Shown piece after piece: positions 27,183-31,950 of a DNA stretch of 31,950 bases. The translations under genes were made by a program, and so were the position numbers. The DNA is from a virus (taxonomy: Duplodnaviria; Caudoviricetes). The notes under the pieces are model-generated. The model had not been told where the DNA came from. It saw only the letters and a list, made by a program, of their open reading frames with translations, and did no database searches. The stretch's first letter is position 1. Every line of letters begins with the position of its first letter. The stretch spans positions 1-31,950 of the IMG/VR virus record IMGVR_UViG_3300017766_004037, one strand, 5' to 3'.

Positions 27183-27401
27183 TCTTTCTATTTCTGGATC
27201 ATTTGGATCGTGTTTTGGAAATTTTGGTTCTTTTTCTTTTTTGGGCGAGTCTGAGTTGCCCTTTTTACTATGATTTTTTTTGCCTTTTTTTGCTTCTAAA
27301 AGATTATTTAAAGCTTGGTCATGAAGAGCTTGAAGGCTTTCTAATTGAAGTTCAAGCTTCTGAGAAAGGTTTCTGTAATATAGGTGGGTTACTGGGTTCA
27401 T
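27159..27401 (-). CDS. Small late protein, probably capsid-internal
   Basis: 80 aa; LLE-A site followed by a Lys-rich tail; late box upstream. Confidence 0.7.
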   Translation of the reverse strand: MNPVTHLYYRNLSQKLELQLESLQALHDQALNNLLEAKKGKKNHSKKGNSDSPKKEKEPKFPKHDPNDPEIERLRYGPVD

Positions 27402-27415
27402 GATATTATTTTAAA

Positions 27416-27427
27416 TATTTATAAATA
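27416..27427. promoter_or_regulatory. Palindromic bidirectional T4-type late promoter
   Basis: TATTTATAAATA reads TATAAATA on both strands, between divergent genes. Confidence 0.8.
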
Positions 27428-27432
27428 CATTT

Positions 27433-28104
27433 ATGGACATCAGAGCATTAAGACAAGACCTTCAGCAAAAGTCAGAGCAAGCAAGAAAAACTTGTTTCAG
27501 CGAAGACAACATTAACGTAACTTTCTCAGGTATCAAAGGAGAAGCCGAAGCAAGTCGTTACAAGCAACTTGCCGAAGTTCTTCAAGTTCAAGTAAATATT
27601 CTTGAAGCTGTCTTGGATGAAGCCAAGAAGATGCCAGCTAAAAAAAAAATTGCCAAACGTAATGCCAAAAAGCCTTTTAAAAAGCTTGCCAAACAGGACT
27701 ACGACAAAGACGGAAAGGTAGAGTCTGGAACTGAAGAGTGGAAAGGCTCCCGCGATAATGCCATCAAGAAGGCAATGTCAAAGAGAGAAGTAAGCGAAGC
27801 CGTAGTGTCCAAGGCAAAGAGACTTGCCAAAAAGTATCCAGCTCGCGCTGAACAAGCCGCAGCCATCAAGAACATAAAATTAGATAATCTTGCAACCGCA
27901 ATGGATGCATCATCTAAGGCAGCAGATAACGCATATAATGCCTATAAGAGATACGGGCATGCTGGAAACCCAGATGCTTCAGCACAAGCTCTTCGCACTT
28001 CCGGTATCAAAGATATGGAAAATGCAATGCAAGGTCTGCAAAGCGAAAAACACGAAGGTGATCTTGATGCTGTACTTGCTTTGATTAAGAAGTCCAAAAA
28101 ATAA
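27433..28104 (+). CDS. Lys/Ala-rich late protein, probably capsid-internal
   Basis: LDE-A and VSE-A sites; DYDKDGKVESGTEEWKGSRDNAIKKAM resembles a motif recurring in T4-like cyanophage hypothetical proteins. Confidence 0.75.
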   Translation: MDIRALRQDLQQKSEQARKTCFSEDNINVTFSGIKGEAEASRYKQLAEVLQVQVNILEAVLDEAKKMPAKKKIAKRNAKKPFKKLAKQDYDKDGKVESGTEEWKGSRDNAIKKAMSKREVSEAVVSKAKRLAKKYPARAEQAAAIKNIKLDNLATAMDASSKAADNAYNAYKRYGHAGNPDASAQALRTSGIKDMENAMQGLQSEKHEGDLDAVLALIKKSKK

Positions 28105-28124
28105 AATTAAGTAAACTTTAAAAC

Positions 28125-28159
28125 AAAGAAAGGGATCCAAGAAATTGGATCCCTTTTTT
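28125..28159. terminator. Bidirectional intrinsic terminator
   Basis: AAAGGGATCCAA-GAAA-TTGGATCCCTTT with A- and T-runs, between convergent genes. Confidence 0.88.
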
Positions 28160-28182
28160 CATTCCTAGTAATTTTTTTAAAG

Positions 28183-28335
28183 TCACTTCGCCGGAACAGT
28201 CTCAGGTGCAACGACAGGAGCTGGGGTGTGCCCTGCAGCATAGGTGAAGAAGACAACGCAAACAACTGCAACGGTTACCAGAATCCAAGTAGTGGACGAA
28301 ACAGACTTCACAAAATTCTTAATTTTCTCTAACAT
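28183..28335 (-). CDS. Small single-pass membrane protein (50 aa)
   Basis: AAAGGAG RBS before ATG 28335; WILVTVAVVCVVFFTYAA hydrophobic helix. Confidence 0.75.
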   Translation of the reverse strand: MLEKIKNFVKSVSSTTWILVTVAVVCVVFFTYAAGHTPAPVVAPETVPAK

Positions 28336-28370
28336 AGTATCTCCTTTAAAGATATATGTATACATCCTGA

Positions 28371-28502
28371 TTAGGAGTGTTTGTTGTAATGATCCGAGTC
28401 CACGATCATACAAAAAATTCCATATGCAATTAAGCCAAGACCTGCAAGACCCATAATGAACAGCCCCAAAAGGGGGACCCAATTTTGCTTAATGACTTCC
28501 AT
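28371..28502 (-). CDS. Small single-pass membrane protein (43 aa)
   Basis: MEVIKQNWVPLLGLFIMGLAGLGLIAYGIFCMI; TATAAT at 28514-28509, 6 nt upstream of the ATG (leaderless spacing). Confidence 0.6.
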   Translation of the reverse strand: MEVIKQNWVPLLGLFIMGLAGLGLIAYGIFCMIVDSDHYNKHS

Positions 28503-28848
28503 AGGAATATTATATAGGAAAACCCAGATAAAAACAACCCTTAGAGGGGACCTATAAAAGGGACCCAGAGGGGACCCATTTTCATGGAGCCAAGGGGACC
28601 CATTTTTCCAAGGGTTGGGCGGAGGTTCGGGGGGACCCATTCTGGGACTCCGAGGGGGACCCATTTTGGGACTCCGAGGGGACCCATTTTCTCGGAGGGT
28701 ATTTGAGGGTTCCGTGGGGGGACCCGTTTTTGAATTTGAGGGGTATGGGGGATTCTAAAAGGGGACCCATGTTTTTGAAGGAATTTTGAAAAATTTAGAG
28801 AAGATTGGCAAGCCGAGACCCGAACAGAACCCGAACGGGACCCATTTT
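28474..28848 (+). repeat. Cluster of co-oriented GGGACCC(ATTTT) repeats
   Basis: Exact GGGACCC at 28474, 28560, 28571, 28595, 28632, 28656, 28679, 28719, 28762 and 28837, plus degenerate copies. Confidence 0.92.
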
Positions 28849-28868
28849 ACTGTTCGGACCGGCTTATC
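28810..28868 (-). ncRNA. Degenerate hairpin element, copy 1
   Basis: AAGCCG/CGGCTT outer stem ending GGCTTATC; CCGAACAG/CTGTTCGG inner stem; leftward TTGACG at 28905-28900 with a poor -10. Confidence 0.35.
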
Positions 28869-28983
28869 GGGCCTGCCCCCTAGCATCATGGATGTCAGCC
28901 GTCAAGCAGAATCCTGGCGGATTTGCAGAAATATTTATGGCCGTCCGATAATAATTTATTCGCGCAGAATGCGTACTACCCTC

Positions 28984-29011
28984 TTGCATTCGGTAGGGGG
29001 ATGCGTATCAT
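28984..29011 (+). promoter_or_regulatory. Rightward early promoter, cassette 1
   Basis: TTGCAT-16 nt-TATCAT; CTTGCATTC shared with cassettes 2 and 3. Confidence 0.75.
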
Positions 29012-29115
29012 TCGGGCATCGGTGCCACGGCACCTACCTTCCTGCGGTTCTTCCCCCATAGTGGGGGTTCGCGCGGCAAGGGTAGGAAGCCTAGCCCCGG
29101 TCTGGAGAGTCTGCT

Positions 29116-29412
29116 ATGCTTACCGTTGATGCCGCTACCCCCATCTGCGAGAACATCACCCGCATCGGGCAGGGTCGTATCGTTTGGCGCCGCGTCGGCG
29201 CGTCGTCGGGTTCGGGCAAGGAGCGTAAGGCTGGGCAGTTCGATTCTCGCCCCATCACGAAGGCTAGCGTCACCTACACGAAGGCAGGAGAGGCGCTCAT
29301 CCTCTTCTTCCTGACGCAAGAGGCGGCAGGGTTTGACGAGAACGGTACGCCGAAGGCTACCATGCGGCGCGTCCGGCTGAACACCGTGATGAGCCTCGGA
29401 ATCCTCCCTTGA
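29116..29412 (+). CDS. Hypothetical early protein
   Basis: 98 aa; GGAGAG RBS; GC-rich third positions; followed by a hairpin. Confidence 0.75.
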   Translation: MLTVDAATPICENITRIGQGRIVWRRVGASSGSGKERKAGQFDSRPITKASVTYTKAGEALILFFLTQEAAGFDENGTPKATMRRVRLNTVMSLGILP

Positions 29413-29420
29413 ACGGGAAC

Positions 29421-29460
29421 GGGAGGGAGGCCGAAGCGCCTCCCTCCCTCCCTCTTCTTT
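29421..29460 (+). terminator. Strong hairpin with pyrimidine tail (terminator or attenuator)
   Basis: GGGAGGGAGGC/GCCTCCCTCCC stem then TCCCTCTTCTTT. Confidence 0.6.
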
Positions 29461-29475
29461 CCACAAGGAAACACA

Positions 29476-29754
29476 ATGGCACGATTCTACTCAACTATCG
29501 TCCCTCCCTCCCGGAACCCAGTTACCCGATGCGGTCACGCACCGCGCGGCATTGAGGCTACCGTGCAGTCATGGCAGCATATCTTCCTCCTCCAAGCGTA
29601 CCATTCCCTGCGCGACGGTGATTCGCTGCGGATTCTGTACGCGCCGAAGGGCGATTCTCCGTTCCCCTCGCACCGCATCGTCCTACTGGATGAGCCGATG
29701 GCGCTCATCGCAGAGAAGTGTGGTAGCCTTCCCGGTAGGCTCGTCATCCGGTAA
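29476..29754 (+). CDS. Hypothetical early protein
   Basis: 92 aa; AAGGAAACACA-ATG leader similar to that of 31421. Confidence 0.7.
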   Translation: MARFYSTIVPPSRNPVTRCGHAPRGIEATVQSWQHIFLLQAYHSLRDGDSLRILYAPKGDSPFPSHRIVLLDEPMALIAEKCGSLPGRLVIR

Positions 29755-29770
29755 CTAGACTCCTCCAGAC

Positions 29771-29814
29771 CACCACAGTCCCCGGCCCCTACGACGGAAG
29801 CCGGGGCTGTGGTG
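29771..29814 (+). terminator. Long hairpin closing cassette 1 (no U-tail)
   Basis: CACCACAG-T-CCCCGGC / GCCGGGG-CTGTGGTG. Confidence 0.5.
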
Positions 29815-29894
29815 CGTCCAGGGCAAGCCGGTCCGACCAGGGCGTGTCAAGAAAATTCTGCGCGGAATCGCACATTAATTTTTTGTTAATTTGA

Positions 29895-29965
29895 TGATAG
29901 GCCGCTCCTCACACGCCGCGAAAACCACGCAGGAGTTCGTCGCGGCCTATCAACGACCGGCTGGG
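29895..29965 (-). ncRNA. Putative small structured RNA, hairpin copy 2
   Basis: TGATAGGCCGC(29895-29905)/GCGGCCTATCA(29942-29952) stem just downstream of a leftward promoter. Confidence 0.65.
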
Positions 29966-29971
29966 GGCCAG

Positions 29972-30000
29972 ATGATACCTGGGCCGGCACCGGCTGTCAA
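29972..30000 (-). promoter_or_regulatory. Leftward sigma70 promoter driving hairpin copy 2
   Basis: TTGACA(30000-29995)-17 nt-TATCAT(29977-29972) with an upstream A/T tract. Confidence 0.8.
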
Positions 30001-30056
30001 GAAAATTCGGGCCAGTTTAGCAGAAAAAGTTTTCTGCTTTCTATATGGGATTTCCC

Positions 30057-30084
30057 TTGCATTCCCATATGGATAGCCTATAGT
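30057..30084 (+). promoter_or_regulatory. Rightward early promoter, cassette 2
   Basis: TTGCAT-16 nt-TATAGT. Confidence 0.78.
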
Positions 30085-30152
30085 GCGGGAGTCGGGCAAC
30101 GCAGTCCGACCGTTCGCCGGAGCGACTCCGGCACCCCGTTTGGAGTAGAACC

Positions 30153-30686
30153 GTGTCCAAGTCTCTCGCCAAGATCCAGCCCACCGCCATCAAGCCCGAA
30201 CCCATCACGCCCGAAGCGAAGATCCGCGTCATGGGCGAGATCGCCATGGGCAACGGCCGTGATGCCGATTTCGCCCTCTCTCTGCTCGTTGCCATGAAGA
30301 AGGGCAAGGTTTCCGACGCGCAGCAGTTCCACATCGACCGCCTCGTCAACAGCCACCTGAACCCGCTCCCGATGATCAAGGCGGAGCGTATCGTGAAGGC
30401 GTACCAGTCGCTGCGCGCCATGAAGCGTTACCCGAAGATCGCCACCACCATCGGCGGCGTGGAGATCACCGTGTCCTACACCCCGATGAGCAGCATGAAG
30501 GCGAAGCCGGAGAACCGCGGCACCTGCGCGATCGCCTCCGGCAAGTGGGGTTCGCCCGATGCCAAGTGGTACGGGCGGATCAAGGCTGACGGCGAGTTCG
30601 TGCCGGGGCACCACATCACGCCCGAAGTGGCGGCATGGATCGTCTCCCTCTGCGACGAGGGCACCCAGTTGGTGTGGGCGTTCTAA
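30153..30686 (+). CDS. Hypothetical early protein
   Basis: 177 aa; GGAG RBS and GTG start; strong GC3 bias; FALSLL...GKVSDAQ and WYGRIKADGEF segments. Confidence 0.85.
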   Translation: MSKSLAKIQPTAIKPEPITPEAKIRVMGEIAMGNGRDADFALSLLVAMKKGKVSDAQQFHIDRLVNSHLNPLPMIKAERIVKAYQSLRAMKRYPKIATTIGGVEITVSYTPMSSMKAKPENRGTCAIASGKWGSPDAKWYGRIKADGEFVPGHHITPEVAAWIVSLCDEGTQLVWAF

Positions 30687-30710
30687 CGCCCGGCCTAACC
30701 CAACGGCAGG

Positions 30711-30743
30711 CCCCTCCCAGGAAACTGGGAGGGGTTTTTATTT
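30711..30743 (+). terminator. Intrinsic terminator, cassette 2
   Basis: CCCCTCCCAG-GAAA-CTGGGAGGGG-TTTTTATTT. Confidence 0.92.
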
Positions 30744-30779
30744 CTTTCCGGCCAGGCTCAGCCGGTCAACGCTGCGCGT

Positions 30780-30851
30780 TGATAGGCCGCAACACAACAC
30801 AACGCTCAACAAGGACTCTGAGCGTTCAAAGGAGTTGCGGCCTATCAGCAG
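30780..30851 (-). ncRNA. Putative small structured RNA, hairpin copy 3
   Basis: 14-bp outer stem 30780-30793/30834-30847; 8-bp inner stem AACGCTCA/TGAGCGTT; 7x7 internal loop. Confidence 0.7.
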
Positions 30852-30857
30852 GACGGG

Positions 30858-30886
30858 AGTATACCTGGAGCCGGCTACCCGATCAA
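30858..30886 (-). promoter_or_regulatory. Leftward sigma70 promoter driving hairpin copy 3
   Basis: TTGATC(30886-30881)-17 nt-TATACT(30863-30858); same CCAGG before the -10 and same A/T tract as copy 2. Confidence 0.78.
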
Positions 30887-30932
30887 GAAAATTCTACCCA
30901 GAAGATAAAATAAAAAAATCGTACCTGGATGC

Positions 30933-30960
30933 TTGCATTCCACCGGCTTTTTGGTAAGAT
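30933..30960 (+). promoter_or_regulatory. Rightward early promoter, cassette 3
   Basis: TTGCAT-16 nt-TAAGAT with extended TG. Confidence 0.78.
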
Positions 30961-31015
30961 CAGCCCATCGACCCGAAGCGTTCGGGTTTCAAGTCACTTG
31001 TCTAGGAGTAGACCG

Positions 31016-31360
31016 ATGAAGACTGTGAAGACCATCAATGTTGCCCCCTCTTGGGAAACCGCCCTGAACATCTGCCTCATTGCGTTGGATCGTTCAAACG
31101 ATGACATTCGTAGTGCGAGCGGAAAGGCTGTCTTCAAGGCTCGTATGGAAGCCCTGCACGAAACCTTCCTTCCCCTGTGCCGTGCCACCGATGCGCGCAA
31201 TGCCGAAATCCGTGCAGAGCAGGAAGCCAAGGAAGCCAAGGCAGCCAAGGCAGCAAAGACGCCGACCGTTTGCCCGGAGTGTGCCGATACCCTCCCCTGC
31301 GGACACGCCGAAATCGACGAGGAAGCGAAGTGCGCCCTGTGCGGCGGCGAAGGCCCCTGA
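31016..31360 (+). CDS. Hypothetical early protein with a C-terminal Zn-binding motif; start corrected to ATG 31016
   Basis: AGGAG RBS; CPEC...CGH...CALC. Confidence 0.8.
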   Translation: MKTVKTINVAPSWETALNICLIALDRSNDDIRSASGKAVFKARMEALHETFLPLCRATDARNAEIRAEQEAKEAKAAKAAKTPTVCPECADTLPCGHAEIDEEAKCALCGGEGP

Positions 31361-31420
31361 TACAATCGCAACGGGGGTGGATGCGACCCACCCCTACCCT
31401 CTCTCAAAGAAAGAAACACA

Positions 31421-31774
31421 ATGAAGATCTTCAGCCGATTCGATGACACAATTCCCGCAGCGATTCCCGTGGGTGCAGTCGCTGTGACGGTCTACTTCCA
31501 TGATCATTCCTACGGTGGCCCTGAAGAGGGCGGCTGGTGGTACGATGATCCGACTGTGACCGATGTCTACCTCTTCCGTTCGCTCCGCAAGGCAAAGATG
31601 CATATGCGCGAATTGCTTCCGCTACTGGCACGCGGCTACTCTGCGCGAATCGAATACGCCGGTGCTGATCCCATCGGTACCGATTCCGATGGCTTGCCGT
31701 GCAGGGAGCGTCCGTGGGATCTGCGGCACGTCTACCGTAGTCGCGAATTGCTCCGCAGACCGCACTACTGCTAA
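31421..31774 (+). CDS. Hypothetical early protein with a YGGPEEGGWWY motif
   Basis: 117 aa; YGGPEEGGWWYD and C-terminal RPHYC; follows the hairpin at 31374-31394. Confidence 0.8.
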   Translation: MKIFSRFDDTIPAAIPVGAVAVTVYFHDHSYGGPEEGGWWYDDPTVTDVYLFRSLRKAKMHMRELLPLLARGYSARIEYAGADPIGTDSDGLPCRERPWDLRHVYRSRELLRRPHYC

Positions 31775-31810
31775 ACTACTCCAGACGCGCAACGAAAAGG
31801 CTTCGGCCCT

Positions 31811-31840
31811 GCCACCCTTCGGGGTGGCTAGTTGTGTTTT
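31811..31840 (+). terminator. Terminator-like hairpin, cassette 3
   Basis: GCCACCC-TTCG-GGGTGGC (cUUCGg loop) then TAGTTGTGTTTT. Confidence 0.7.
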
Positions 31841-31888
31841 CAGGGTAGCCGGTGCCAGGGCGACCAATAATATTTTTTTGTAAATCGT

Positions 31889-31950
31889 TGATAGGCCGCG
31901 TCACCCCACACCTCCTTACAGCTATTTGAGGTGTTTAAAGACGCGGCCTC
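31889..31950 (-). ncRNA. Putative small structured RNA, hairpin copy 4 (at the window edge)
   Basis: TGATAGGCCGCGTC/GACGCGGCCT outer stem; ACACCTC/GAGGTGT inner stem; promoter would lie outside the window. Confidence 0.6.

Noticed and set aside
28503-28770. ORFs made of NGSP/MGP repeats
   Set aside because: Translations of the GGGACCC array in several frames; only the downstream membrane-peptide parts are credible.
28474-28848. CRISPR array
   Set aside because: The repeat core is only 7-12 nt, spacing is irregular (11-86 nt), intervening sequences are themselves repetitive, and there are no cas genes.
29822-29860. A further leftward promoter at TGTCAAGAAAATTC (29845)
   Set aside because: The -35 and A/T tract match the other modules, but there is no -10 at 16-18 nt; treated as a decayed or partial copy.
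4451-31015. ORF-track start positions 4451, 8254, 18828, 21372, 26185, 28482, 28664 and 30929
   Set aside because: They overlap neighbouring genes or promoters; downstream starts fit the RBS, promoter spacing or family N-terminus better.
29008-31883. Many overlapping minus-strand and off-frame ORFs in the GC-rich region
   Set aside because: Expected at high GC; only five plus-strand ORFs have a promoter, RBS, codon bias and terminator context.
29895-31950. Integron attC sites or terminators as the identity of the hairpins
   Set aside because: No RYYYAAC/GTTRRRY boxes at the ends and no integrase in the window; no U-tails, and each cassette already has a separate closing hairpin.
28850-31950. 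Host chromosome or prophage junction at the GC shift
   Set aside because: No att site, integrase or housekeeping gene; small ORFs with strong promoters look like phage early genes, and the 16-bp promoter spacer is shared with the AT-rich part. A chimeric assembly cannot be fully excluded without reads.
1-31950. Stop-codon reassignment or introns/inteins
   Set aside because: Core genes are full length and tightly packed under the standard code, the tRNA is not a suppressor, and no split gene or intein motif was seen.

Overview
This window is part of a large T4-like (myovirus) phage genome, not host chromosome. Bases 1-28450 are mostly AT-rich. They hold a baseplate/tail block (gp27-like hub, gp53, gp48, gp4, gp54-like, gp26, gp51), gp32 and gp33, and several unassigned structural genes including a 2062-aa Cys-rich protein with RCC1-like repeats. 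Also present are an RNA-modification cluster (Sm-like, deaminase, TrmH-like, tRNA-Gln(UUG)), a DenV-like repair gene and probable capsid-internal proteins. A C5 DNA methyltransferase carries a second, overprinted ORF resembling the beta polypeptide of M.EcoHK31I. At about 28470-28850, ten co-oriented GGGACCC(ATTTT) repeats mark an abrupt switch to GC-rich DNA. The GC-rich part is built from repeating cassettes: a 55-70 nt hairpin with a conserved outer stem (TGATAGGCCGC...GCGGCCTATCA) and variable interior, a leftward sigma70 promoter aimed at the hairpin, an A/T tract, a rightward promoter (CTTGCATTC), 1-2 small ORFs and a terminator. These hairpins are the best candidate for an undescribed system, probably a family of phage early small RNAs. 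Many promoters place +1 at the start codon, implying leaderless mRNAs. All protein calls come from motif recognition and synteny by eye; no database search was run.
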